Source: Trichosphaerium sp. ATCC 40318
Lineage: Eukaryota; Protista; Tubulinea
Reading direction: 5' to 3'
Assembly (NCBI GenBank): GCA_038496445.1
Contig: JALMLS010000538.1
Coordinates: 62,001-126,000 of the forward strand
DNA length: 64,000 nt
Both the position numbers and the translations under genes were made by a program. The notes under the pieces are model-generated. The model was given only the letters and a program-made list of their open reading frames with translations. It did not search any database and was not told where the DNA came from. Of the stretch, positions 36,746 to 52,800 are shown in pieces. The number at the start of each line of letters is the position of its first letter. Position 1 is the stretch's first letter.

Positions 36746-37625
36746 TTATTTAAAGTTTGCTGGATGAAAGGGAAAATGTTTAACGCCACACTGTTCTTCA
36801 AGATATTGACGTGTTTGAAAACTACAAAAGAGGTGAGAATATGTACAGTAAAAAATTGTGCCTACCTTTCATCTTGAAAATACTTATCAAAAACCTAAAG
36901 GTAATCATTTCATCAGTTACCAACAACCTCTTACGGGGATCAAAAAATAAAAACTTGCCTTATGCGACTCTGTATCACCTTTAAGAGAGCATCCCATCTT
37001 ACGAAAGAGCATCAATTGCTTTACAAATGACGTTATAAGCACGTGACCAAAAACAAAAAAAAAACCTCGTTTCATAAAAAAAAGGTTGATGTACATGGGC
37101 GAATCCTTTGTTCGGTTTTATCAAAGACCTCTTTGATCGCACGTGCATTACTGCTTTTTTTACAGGCCAATCATGCTTATAAACCATAAAGGCTATGACA
37201 GCTGTTGCACTTCGACTCTTTCCAGAATTGCTTTGACTTTAGTTTAGAGGTTACTATTTTACACTAATCGTACCAGTGAACGAATACATTACCAGTCTCT
37301 AGTTGTTTATCAATAAATTCGATGCATTTAGGTAAAAGTGTAATGATATCAGCTGTCATAACATCTGGAATGCTTATCTTCATCTGTACAAACTCTGTGG
37401 GTAATGTAGGAGCGTCTGGCGTAATTGACAGCACAGATTTGATGTTTTTCTACAAACAAAATCAAAAACTCGCGTTACACCTCATTTAAGCCTAAAGAAG
37501 GGCTTTATGTTGAATAGAGCACGTACTGAACGTAAAATATCAGATTCATAGGCTACTACAAGATCTCCTAAGTACAAGTCATGCTTGTAGTGTTCAATAA
37601 GGTCAATCCCTTCAATACTAGCCAT
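36746..37625 (-). CDS. atypical dual-specificity protein phosphatase
   Basis: LYLGD, IKSVLSI, IPDVMTADII, catalytic VFVHCNSGKSRSATAVIAF (Cys codon split by an intron), and VRSKRSLIKPNKGF. Confidence 0.9.
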
Positions 37626-37800
37626 ACCGGTTCGCTTTTTGTTTTTTTGGCGCTACTTGCAAAAACGGCTCACATTAAGCCTTGACGATTAAGTTTCCAT
37701 TGCAACACGTGTTCTTCTTTGATGTTTCAGCGAAGAATCTCAATTAAGTCTTCCAATATCGTTTGTTTCAAGGGTGTAAAAGTGCCTAGTAGAATCGAGT

Positions 37801-39888
37801 ATGGCTAAAGAGCTTTCTAGTGAGGTAATTTGTGCTTGGTTTTCTTACTTTTACTACAAATTACAGCATTGGGTGGTGTTTCTTGTTGTTGAAGTGCCTT
37901 TTGATAGAATTAAACGAGAACTTTTTATTTCCTTTTGTTTTAGGACAAAGAGGACCCAACTCAAGCGAAAACCAGCCTAATAATTAAAACCAACAATACC
38001 AGAGCGTTGGACAAAATGGATGAGACCGCCGACAAGAAAGGTAAGGTTTTTTGTAACGGTTTTTTTGTAATGTCCATCTAAAAGTATCTTATCGAAGCAA
38101 CTTATGGGTACTCTTTTATGCGTAATATTACGCCTGCAAAAGATAGATCATTGGTTTCTCCTCCAGTATCTAGAAAGACTGATGGTGATAATAAAGGTGT
38201 GCTACAGGCATCAACTACGCTTGACACAATGTCGATGTTTGCAAGATTTTCATCAACGAATAAAAATGTTGGTCCCAAACTATTATCCGACAGAGATATG
38301 GCATCTGCTACAATGTCACAGTTAACAATTGAGGATCAAGATAGAGCAAAACTTACCTATGATCTGAATGACTTATCTTCAAATGATGAGGATCAACGCG
38401 TTTACCGTTACTACCAGTGGTGGGTAAGTAATATGAAAATCAAGCAAAGTACATTTATGTTTAACACTTCTTTTATTAAGGTTGATGGTATTGAAGAGTT
38501 TATGTATATTCATACAATCCAAGATTGGCAACGTGTACAGAAATACAAGCTTACAGTTTACTCTTTCGAGGTGCCAAGATTATGTACTGACTGGTTTTTT
38601 TTCCTGCTTTTGTGTAAACACTCATGTATGTTTCTGTTTAGCATTGAATTTTGAAGAGATTTCTCCTTCTACGCGGTTAGCTGAAGGAGCACTTGTCACT
38701 AAATTATCCAAATCCTCATCCATCATAAAAGAGAAAGAACGTGTAGGTATGTTAAAAACCTATCAACAAAAAAGCTCAAGAGCACGTGCTTATCTTTTTT
38801 TTTTCTTCAAAAAGATGTCCGTGTCAAAAAAGAAAGTGCAAGTAGAAATAATGTTGTTGTGGTTGAAGGACTGTGTAACTATTTTGTTGGCGAGAATGGA
38901 TTAGTCTATATGGTCCCACACAATCGTTCTAGACTACCAAAAAGGATACCCAACCTTAAACGTATAATTAAGATTGATGCAGAAGAATATCATGCTCTTG
39001 CTTTGAGCATAGATGGACGAGTATTTGAATGGGGAGACCACTCCCTCTTTAAGTCTAAGGCTCCTATTAAACTAGGTATTGGTTATTTCATTGTATCTAT
39101 AGCGGCAGGGTTAAACTATTCAATGGCGTTAACCAACAAAGGATTTGTTTTATCATGGGGTGAAAACTCATTCGGTCAACTTGGCCACTCTTTGGATAAA
39201 CAAACAGGAGTAACTACAATTATACCTAACCTAACAAACGTCGCTCAAATAAGTGGTGGAAGAGAAGATTCCGTTGCATTAATTTCGGACGGGTCACTTT
39301 ATGTGATGGGGAGAGTTACTGCTAAAAAGGTATCTTATAGTTGTCAACAAATTTATCAAGTTAAACGCCAAGCTCCGTCGGTTCCTCCTCTCAAAAGTGT
39401 TTTGTTTGTATTCTAGTATGACCTCACTTTTACGAAAGGAACTGACTGCGCTATGGTGATGGTTAATTTGAAGAAAAACAGTTGAGAACCATATAATCTG
39501 CTCACTTTTTTTGTTGTAGAATGCAAAAGGACGAACCTATTACAACACTTTGGATGGTGATGAGGTAACACTGTTAAAGCATAATTTGGCTCTCACATCA
39601 TCTGGAAAAGTATATGAACTCACAACATCAAAGAAAAAACTCATCAGCGGTGATCTAAATGTAGTAGACATTTGTGGAAGACAAAGTCCGTATTTTTTGG
39701 ACAAACGTGGTGACATTTATCAAAAACAACAAAAAAAGATCAAAAAAATCTCGTCAGCTTCTGATAGACGTGTACTCTATCACTCATGCTCAACAGCGTT
39801 TGCTATCGATTCTCGGACATTGGCTTTGAATGCACAGACAGGGAGAGCTAGATGGATTGCACATTCTGTTAAATATAACGCAGTATAA
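37801..39888 (+). CDS. RCC1-repeat protein
   Basis: HALALSIDGRVFEWG, IAAGLNYSMALTNKGFVLSWGENSFGQLGH and ISGGREDSVALISDGSLYVMG. Confidence 0.85.
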
Positions 39889-40254
39889 TTGAGACCTGGC
39901 TAATTGTTACAATAAAATAGAATTGTTTGTTATTATTGTATTGTTTGGATAATGTGAGGATGTAAATACTGAAGTTGAATGACAATACAAATATCTTAAT
40001 AACCTGGCTCGAGAATTGCAAGGTTTGCAAAGACAGTATGTTGTAACCTTAGAGTTAACTTTATCTGGCCTGTTCACGTGTTTATCCAACTGCCAGAATT
40101 TTAATGAGTTGAAAGTTCCAAAAGGTCACAGTAGTTTGGTAGTTAATCCAAAAGGTCATACGATACAACCGTAACAAATTCAAAGCATTGTCATTTTTCG
40201 TTGTGTATTACGTATTAGAAAGGATACGCTATATCATGACGTCTAAAGAACAAT

Positions 40255-40538
40255 AAACAATAATAACAAAAAATGGACAGCTTGATTTATGTAGCATGTT
40301 TGCTGATGGTAAACATAATGGCGAACATAAAGAGTGGTATGAAAATGGACAACTAAAGTTACAAAGCATGTGGGTTGATGATAAACACCATGGTGAAATG
40401 AAAGAGTGGTATGATACTGTACAACTTAAATCGCAAAGCATGTGGGTTGTTATAAATGCGTACAAACAAAAAATACTTGATTTGTTGATTTCAGCAGCCA
40501 AAGGTTTGACATACAAGGGCAGGTGCTATCTTTCTTGA
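40255..40538 (+). pseudogene. intronless MORN-variant (YwqK/MORN_2-like) repeat fragment
   Basis: Three ~24-aa units: NKNGQLDLCSMFADGKHNGEHKEW / YENGQLKLQSMWVDDKHHGEMKEW / YDTVQLKSQSMWV. No clear start, and the repeats end abruptly. Confidence 0.6.
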
Positions 40539-40756
40539 AGTGTACAATTTATTATTTATATTTTTTTTGAAAACAACTCTACAATAAATAAGCTTTTTTT
40601 TCCTCAACAGCAGTACTTCTTTCGTTCCATTTTCTTTTTTTTTTTGGACGTTTTTTATACATACAGGTTTGTCATTCCTTTTTTTTTCCTTTTTTTTTTC
40701 AAGAATATGGTTTACAACAGACATGTGATGTTGCTTGTTTTTTAGTTTTTGTCTTT

Positions 40757-42948
40757 TTAAACAATCAAAGCAACGTTTGCTGACTCTTCTTCATGCGGAT
40801 CATCAACTTCTAGATCTAACGACATTTCATCATCACTACGAGTAAAGTTAGATACACATAACCTAACACGTCATAAAACGTACACAGCAGCAGGCATTGT
40901 ATTTACTGAGTCATTTGGACCCAAAATAACATCAATGCGGTCTCGCCAAGTAATACTACGCAAAAACGTAAACAACAAGTCACGTAGAAACCCTTTACAA
41001 TAACGTACGTTATTGTACTAGGAGCTTGAAGCCATGGTTCTCCATCCATTTGTACCACCTGACGCTTGATTATACGCAACTTTATTTTTTTGCCTACGCG
41101 ACAACTGTTAGGCAAAAAAACGATAATGGAGTCACTCCTAACTTACCTTGGGCAATTCTATGTGCATGTGACAGTTTGGTTCGTGTTTTCATCATATGAA
41201 CAACACTCTCGGTTCCTACAACCTCTAGTAGACCATCATTCAAAGCTGGGCTCTTATAATCCTGTAATTCACCTACACTACGCGTAAATATGCTGTAAAC
41301 GAAAGAACACCACTGATTACTACCACCAAGTAGCGCTTAAACGCTTTACGCACCAGGTACACTTTTTTGTCCAGTGCCGAAAAAATCAACTCCATCAGCA
41401 GAAGAATGTATATTAAATACTTGTAGAGTTCTTATATTAGGTGGTATTTGTACAAGTTCTCCATCTACAGTTAACTCTACAGATGTTGCAAGTTTTTCTC
41501 CAGGTGCAAACATTTCTTTGACGCCTGTACAATAAAAAAAAAGCGTTAGAGGAAGTCACAAAGTCTACATGTCTCTTCAATGATTTTTTCTTTTCTTTTT
41601 TTTTTTTTGAATTTTTATGAAATTTCTGAATTTTGATGATTGTGTTAAACTTTTTTTGACTTACCATAGAATGTGTACCACATTTTATTACGTTGTACGC
41701 TATTACAACGATTTGGATAAGATGTACGCATTTTATGAAACTTGTGAGTGATATCTGCGTCGAAACCTGCAAAAAACAAAAAAATCAGAAAATTGGTAAA
41801 AAAATTCTTTGCGAACAGAAAAAAAACCTATCAATAGGTATGGATTGTTGAATCATGCTTGCTACGCACGATTTTGATAGTTTGAAGGTAAAAAAAAAAC
41901 ATGAACGTTGGTTCTATGCGTGCCTACTGAAAAGAAACAGTACATTGTCTTATGCATGCGATACACTTCGTCTAGAGATGTAGCTGATAGATGCTTTGTT
42001 GCAATATCATTATCGGCCTTGTTTTTGATTTTAAGGCACCATCTGTCTAATTTTGCTAGTTTTCCTTTGCTAACTTGAAAGCAGTGTTTTAATACCCTAT
42101 CTAAAGCGACTTTGTCAGTTTTAGGCAAAAAAAAACGCCGAAATCTGATGTTTCTTAAAAAAGTAACGTACCACCTCTGATACTAACAGGTGGCAATGCC
42201 TTTGGCCATCCAAGTACTCTGGATAGTTCATTACCAGTACCTAAGTTGCACAATTAGGATTTCTTGCCCAAAAAAGAAAAAGTAGTCAACGGTGTAATTG
42301 AAAAGTACTCTATAGTCATATCAAAGATAAACGAGAGCGGTTTGTGGTATTGGGAGAAAAAGGGAGATCATTTTCAGTTAAAAAAAAATGAAAACGGCTC
42401 CTTGCTGGTAGTTTATTTCGCACCTAGAGGTAAGGGACCGAATGGTGGTAATTTATCTTCGGGATCCTTTACACGCTCCATCAAACTATAACCCCAACTC
42501 ATACTACCATCTCCCCCAGCAATTACGACGCTATGTTAAGCGTTTAGAAAGCGTAGAATTCTGAATGGACGGAAAACTCCACCCGATTTTTGAAATCGCT
42601 TTTTTTCCGATGGAAATAGGCGTAAATTGTATACTAGCGTACGTACCGTACGTTGTCAACTTCTTGAAGGATACGTTTTAATTTATCTTGCTGAGCGCTT
42701 TCAGTTTCAAGCTTCTGCATACTGAACAGTATCATCATAGCGTCTTTATTATGCCTAAGCCGATCTAAAATACGCTGCCCTTTACCAGACCCACTTTTTG
42801 TGTTCACCAGGATGCAAAGCGGGCATCGTGACTTATTTTGTATTGGTTCGAACCCAGAATCATCAATACAGCACAATTTATTCATTGGCTTGTCTTGTAA
42901 TTCAAATTTTTGTAACTCAAGTTCATGATTTTCATTGACTGGCGTCAT
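40757..42948 (-). CDS. diacylglycerol kinase (catalytic + accessory domains)
   Basis: ILVNTKSGSGKG, VVIAGGDGSMSWV, LGTGNELSRVLGW, FDDGLLEVV and QMDGEPWLQ. Confidence 0.92.
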
Positions 42949-43323
42949 TCCTTTTGTTTTGTTTATCTTTCTTGACTCGCCTGTGACATATAAATGGCTT
43001 AAACGCCGGGTGAATCAAAGTAACACATTCCGACATTTATTGACAAAAACTTAACAACACTGAAAACATCAAAATAAGAAAAAACATAACAGAACCAACT
43101 AGTTAACAGCACGTATGAAAAAAACCAACAGCATCTAAAAAATATTTTGGGGTTTTTTTGTCATTAATAATCTACATTCTACATTTTTGTTTGGGCAAAC
43201 TAATAAATTAATAGCAGCACCAATAAAGTTTTCGATGAAGGATGAAAGATGAGAAATTTTTACTTCTCGCATCGTCTAATACCATCCATCCCTCACCACA
43301 TAAGCAAAAGATGAAGATAAAAA

Positions 43324-45978
<2,655 letters not shown>

Positions 45979-46487
45979 TCTTAGCCTTACACAAAGCTAC
46001 GGAGCGATAGGCAAACGCTTTGAAGCAACTTGGTTATTTGTACGGGTCAAAAGGCTGCAGTACGCCCAAGCTGAAAAGAATATTGTATTTATTATTTCAA
46101 CTAGTTTCTTTAAATCTTTTTTACTGCAGTCGAAATCAATTAACAACGTCTCACATCACATATTGTCAATAAGTTCTTGCTCGCAATAAGTTTACGGCAA
46201 CTGTCGCTTTTTTGCGTAGTTGGTAATCTAGCCCGTTTTGTGATAAATGTGTACAGCGAGCTTTTATTGACATAGTACAGTATTATTGTACCGAAACGGA
46301 GTGACATCGTATTTTTAGTTTAATTCAAAACAGGCATTACACTAGACATTCAAATCTGGACGAAATGCGCAATAGGTGTTGAACGGTAATAACTATATTG
46401 CGCACTAGCTCCTTGTTGGAGTTAAGTATTAGTACAAACTTAGGAAATGACTCAGCAGCGCTGTGATGGTTGTTTAATGTATTTTTA

Positions 46488-48266
46488 ATGTCACGCAAAG
46501 CTTTGTTGTATTTCTTGGCGTGCTTGCTTATCATCTGCTCATTACCATTCTTAAAATTTGCATTGACACCTATACCACATACACCTCATCTAAAGCGTGA
46601 TATTGCGCCATCTAAACCAACTAAAACGCCAATGGCACAAAACATTGTTGAACCCCCTCAAAGTGCTGTTCCTTCAGCCAAATTAAGCACAGGAACTTAC
46701 AAAACAGATTTTGAGCGTGTTCATGTATTTTACTACCCGTGGTACGCAACACCAAAACATGACAAGGTGTGGAGCCATTGGAACCATAATATACTCCCTC
46801 ATTGGTACGTAAATCGTATTACAGTAACGTCACATTAATTGTACAAATAGGAACGATGAGATAAAGAAGAAATACCCGCACGACATAGCCTACCCAGCAA
46901 AGGATGATATAGGTACGCGGTTTCATGGTTTAACGGTGTAACGGTTCGTGTAAGGTTCCGTCTATTACCCAGCGTCAGGCCTGTACTCTAGTAGAGATCC
47001 AGAAACAATCAATTCTCATATGGAACAGCTAAAGCATTACGTTGTGGTTATATCATGGTGGGGTGCGTGAATCCAGTACCTCCAACCCTCTTGGCCTTAC
47101 GGTGTTCCAGGTCCAAAAAACAACCCTGCAGCAAAGGATGGAGAAGGTTTCACTACGGATGAGATTGTACCTTACATCCTAAGAGGCGCCGAAAGGGCTG
47201 GTGCTAAAATTGCTTTTCACTTTGAACCCTATGAGGGTAAGGCACTTTAAACTGTTTTTTTACGATTCTTATCTGAGATTAACAAATAACAAAGGTCGCA
47301 CCGCTAAAAGCACGAGAGACGATATAAAGTACATCATAGACAACTATGGGGACTCTCCCGCTTTTTACAGAGACAATAAAACAAACAAGCCTGTATGTTG
47401 GTGTATGAGGCGGAGATTGAGTGCTAACTTGAGGTGTTTTAGGTTATATACTTGTATGACCCTTACCATGTAAAGTCTGACCAATGGGCTGCTGTTTTTA
47501 ATCCAGGATCAAGCCTTACTATTCGCGGTACAAAATATGATGTTATTGCTCTTGCATTGTATCGTTCTCTTAAAGGTACATACTAGTGGTTTTTTTATTA
47601 TCTTATATACGTAGAGGACGGTAATTTGATACTGTCAGGTGGGTTTGATGGGTTTTATACGTACTTTGTAGCAGAAGTACGGTTTCTTTTTTGACTGATT
47701 TTTTTTGATAAAATTAATAAGCTTTTGTTAGGGATTCACACAAGGTTCCTCAATGGGTAAATGGGAAACTATAACGCGTTGGGCACAGTCACATAATAAA
47801 CTTATAAGTATAAGTGTTGGTCCAGGTTATGATGATACACGTATCCGCCCTTGGAATGCTAAAAATACCAAATCAAGAGAAAATGGTAAAGTCTTTTTTT
47901 CTCCTTTTTTTCTTTTTACGTTCTTACTTTTTCCTGCTAATTACTTCGGTTTAGGTAATTATTATAAAGTACGCTGGGATAAAATGAATGAGTTAAAACC
48001 AGATTTTGTATCTGTAACTTCTTTTAATGAGTGGATGGAAGGTAACTCACAAGAATTTCTTTTTGACTTTTAAAAAATACTGCATTCTTCCCAATCTAAC
48101 CTTGCTTCCCAAAGGTACTCAAATAGAATCTGTTGTTCCCAAAACTATAGAAAAGACTATATACAATGGCAAGAAGTATACATACCAAAATTACGGAAGC
48201 TTACCTATTGACTATTATATGAAAAAGACATATGAGTATGCACAAGCATTCTCGAGTAAAAAATAA
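46488..48266 (+). CDS. MANEA: GH99 glycoprotein endo-alpha-1,2-mannosidase (type II membrane)
   Basis: N-terminal TM anchor; VHVFYYPWY, HWNH.ILPHW, DIGSVYYP..GLYSSRDP, FHFEPY, GFDGFYTYF, SVGPGYDDTRIRPWN, and catalytic TSFNEWMEGTQIE. Confidence 0.93.
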
Positions 48267-48532
48267 TGATATTACAACACTGTCTCAATAATCATATCTA
48301 CTAATGCTCCACATCAATTTTAGTAACAATACCACTGACGGAGTGAAACAGAGTGAAACGGAACTTTAAACCAAACAAAAAAAAAAAGGACCAATTACTG
48401 AACAGTATTTCTATCACAGAAAACTTCGGAGGTTGGTCTTTTTTAGGTAAAAATGTATGAAAGCTCTATTGTACTGGTTTATTCGTATTTTACATCGTTT
48501 TGATCTAAATTTACAGGTGTACCATGACGCTA

Positions 48533-49270
48533 TTAGGTATTTACGATAAATTCTAGAGTCATACGCTCACAAGGGCTGCTTGGTCTATAGTCGGTCACAT
48601 CTCTGTATTGTGGGAAGGTTGATCCGTTTTGGTATTTGTTGTTATAGTTTCGAGCTAGAAAGTGGCTGGAGTGTGAAGACGCTCTTGTGCGTCGATACTG
48701 AGAGCGTGTTTTAATTGGTAGACAAACTGTAGTTATTGCAGTCCTATCATCATCTGACAAGCTTTCCTTTTGTACTCTTCCGTTGGGGTTACCGGATAGA
48801 GACAGGTTAGGCTCTAAGGACTTGAAATCTTTATACATTTCTAAAAACGCATCAAGTTCTGTTAGAGGATCTAAAGGTACTTTAGCTAACGATGGCGCGT
48901 GTTTCTTTGTTCGGGTAAAGAAAGAGCTCGATATTTATTCCGCAATTCTAAAAAATACAGACTGCGCTGCTGTGTTTGCCCGATACCAACAACGCCGTAA
49001 AAGAAGGCTAGACAGAAAAACCCAATCTTCTGGACTACATACCATTTCTCTCGTTGTTGATCCATACAGATGCAATAGGTACGTTGTCAACCTTAGGATA
49101 CCATGACGTGTTTTTTACCTGTCAATTGGCGTTAGAGTGTAAACAAAGTGAGCACTGAGTACATACGTTTGGGTTAAGCTTAAAGTGAAATACTCCTATG
49201 TGCATAGACTTACGCCTAGCCTTTATATATCTTGTATTTCTTCTCGCAGTCATTTGTTGCTTTGATGTCT
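48533..49270 (-). CDS. hypothetical multi-exon protein with low-complexity tail
   Basis: Last exon is ORF 48533-48838, ending RMTLEFIVNT. Upstream GT..AG-bounded exons are present but their frame is unresolved. Confidence 0.3.
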
Positions 49271-49875
49271 ACAATTTAGGCAAAAAGGGATATTACAGAA
49301 TTTTCCGGACTTGTAGCAACTTCTTAAACGGGATTCCAGTTTTTAAATAAATTCTCGCAGTAACTACTGCGAGGATTAGCGCTGTTATGAAGAAACTTTT
49401 CTATTAATTCTTAGACGTATCCAAGGCGATAACGCAAACCGCTGACATCATCAATTTTTTTAAATTTATGTGTTCTGCCAAAACAAGTTATTGATCAGAC
49501 AAACCCGGGATTGTAGGGAATGATAGTAAGGAAGCGTATAGCTTTAAGTACTGACTTTCGATAATTCTCATTTTGTCGAAGTTTTTTGTAGTTATGAATG
49601 TTCACGCTATATTTAACGCCAAAACTAAGCTGTGAGGCGTATAGTTGATATGAATTGAAAGATGTGTATGGTACAATCCTGATAGTGGACTTGCAAGTAT
49701 AATCGTTGTAACCATGGCGCATAAACCATGGCTTTTAGGCAATAATAAACCAATAAAGTGTCACAGTACTTGAATAGGCAATATTGCAGTATTCTCCTAA
49801 TGTCAAACTACTGTTTACAATATCAATACGTGATTACTCTCAACACGTCGTGATGTGGTGAGAAAAGGCGTTGTA

Positions 49876-52800
49876 ATGCAATACTTGCGTAACATTGTTA
49901 TAAACAGGCACAGATTGAGCGTATTGCTGTCTGTAGCGACTGGAGTAATGAATATGCGTTTACTACGATACTGACTACAGTAGCTTTTCTTGTTTGTCTT
50001 ATGTATTACTTATTACCACCTTGATACAATTACGGTGCACGACAGCGATATTGCGAGTGTTTGTGTTGTACCACATAGCCACGTTGATCACGGATGGTTA
50101 AACACGATCGACGTGCGTCAAAAATATGGATCTAGACGTCATTTGGCGTTATGTTAACTCTGAACCATTATTGATTAAAACCCGTATTTTGTTACTAAAT
50201 TGCTATAGAAATACTACGAGACGCGTGTACAACAGATTCTATCTAAAGTCATACATCACCTGTACAAGAATCCAAAAAAGACGTTTGTATGGGGTAAATG
50301 CATCGTAGCGCGTGTGTACACCACTAACGTCTCGCATAGCCGAAGTATACTATTTTCGCAGGTGGTACACTGATAACAAGGACGTGGAGCTTGCTTGTAC
50401 GTCAATGCCTTATGCTGAACGCTAAACTAGTGATAATAGCTCAAATGACATACGGTGATTGTATTCATCAATTAATAAGCGAAAAGAGGTTCGAATTCGT
50501 TGGCGGCGGGTGGATACAGCACGATGAGGTACGATTTAGCTCTATTTGACAAAAAGAATAACGGTTTTGTGAAAGGCTTTAACGCCAGTACGCGCACAAC
50601 TTCTACAGATGAAAAAGGGTCTAGATTACTTAAAACAGGTACGTATTGTTTTATTAAATAATTACAAACGGAGAATTTTTGTTAACACGTTTTTTTTTAT
50701 CAAGACATTTGATGTTGATGTTAAGATTGCGTGCCAACATGACACTTTTGGTCATTCTGCTGTTACACCATGGGTATTCAAGCACCTCGGATTCGATTCA
50801 ATTGTAAGGGAGATAGTATTTATTTGGTTGTATCTGTTTAACGCATTAAGCTTTAGATACTTAACCGTATTGATTATAACTTAAAAAAGAAATTTGGTGA
50901 TATGAAGAGCAAAGAGTTCATGTGGATGGCAAATGACACTCACGGCATATTTGCTCATCTACTCAATGCTCATTATAATGTACCTGGATTAGATCTGGGT
51001 TATCCAAGTGCATCTGTCTGTAAGTAATGTAGAGCTATTACAAGTAGCTTTTGATGACAAGTATTTTTTTTTATCTGACTTTTTTTTCAAAAAGCTCTCG
51101 AAAGACTTAAAAAATACGCTGGGTTCATGGAAGCAGCTATCAAAGAGCGTATTGCAAATTATCCTACAAATAATGTATTGTTGTTTTGGTACGTGATAAA
51201 TAGCCGGCAAAAAATTAATTCGTTAAGTAAACAAATAGGGGTGATGATTTCCGCTTTACCAATCCTGATGCAAGTTTCAAAGAAATGGATGTTATCATGG
51301 ACTATGTCAATGAAAACACAAAATATAATGTTGAGTATTGCACTCTATCTACATACTTGGACAGAGTGAAGAAAGATAAACCCTTAGAAACCATGTATAA
51401 ATACTACGGTTCGTTGAATTCCATCTATTTTTTTTGCTAACTTTTTGTGTTGGAGGTGATTTTATGCCGTACACATCTGGGTTTAAAGATTTCTGGACAG
51501 GGTTTTATTCTCTTTATCCTACATTAAAAAAGAATATCATAGAGGTGTTTGACCTACTCGAAACAACCATGACTTTTAATGCTATCGTAACACTTCAGTC
51601 GAACGCCAACAATGATGATGAACTAGCCACAAATTTGGAGAAAGGTATTAAGAAAAAAATGAGAAAACCCAAGCCTTACGGTCCTCTGTGTTAATGTGTT
51701 TTTCTTTAGTCAAAGGCAATGTATTAGTTCTTTTTCATCATGATACCATTACAGGGACTTCAAGATATGTTGCAATAAGGGACTACTTTAAGCGCATTGA
51801 GAGTGCGAAATCAATTTTGAAAAACACTTTTGTGTCAATCACAGAGTCTCTTGCTGAGACTAAAAATACTGATTTTGTTCGTCAAACAAATGGATCATTT
51901 GTTTTAACAGACAGTACAGTGAGGGAACCTAAAACAGTCATTTTTTACAACTCATTGGCTCAAATTCGTTCCGAAGTTGTTACTATTGATATTGAAGGAT
52001 TTGATGGCTATATCAAGGTGTCCACAAGTGGAAACAATATTGATTGCGTTATACAAGATAGTATCATACACAAGGGAAATCGCGAAGTGTCTTTTTCAGT
52101 CAGCATTGGACCAATCGGGTGCGTACTTTTTGCATTTGGAATTTTTAATCTGACTATCTTTCACCACTAGTTATACAAGCTACACCCTTACTTTTTCTTC
52201 AAAAAAAGTTTCTGGTCAATGTAAAGAGGCTTTAGTGAGTATAAACGATAAGGGAATTAATAACGCTGTTTATACAGTTGACTACTCCGCAAATAGTTTT
52301 AGTCTAAAAACGGACAAGGTAAACCTGGTTTTTTTTATTTTTCAGTCCGTCTGCCTTACCAATGTGAAAATTCTAGGTCCCCATTGCTTCTCAGAGTATA
52401 AGGAAATATAATTGTGCCACAAACAATCCATGGTTTTGCTCTGGACCTTATTTATTCCGAACAAACTTTCCATTGTTTGTTTGGCAATATTTTTATTTTG
52501 GTGATCTCATTGGATTTATTGTTTCTCTTATTGTCCTTTATAAGTATAGCCTATTTCCAAAAAGGTCCATCACTTCTTCTAGCTTATTGGCACTTATATT
52601 GGCTATTTTAATGTCAGTGATTATGTTCAACACTGAAATAAGCAATGACAACCCAACAGTAAGAACCTTCTATTATTAGCACCTTAATTGGTCTTTTTTT
52701 TCTTGTTGCGGAATCATCGCTCCCTGTTTTTAAACGTACTTATGGTATAATGCATACTCACAAGTGTGTGATATTCCGTTCAATACTGTCCGTTTTATAT

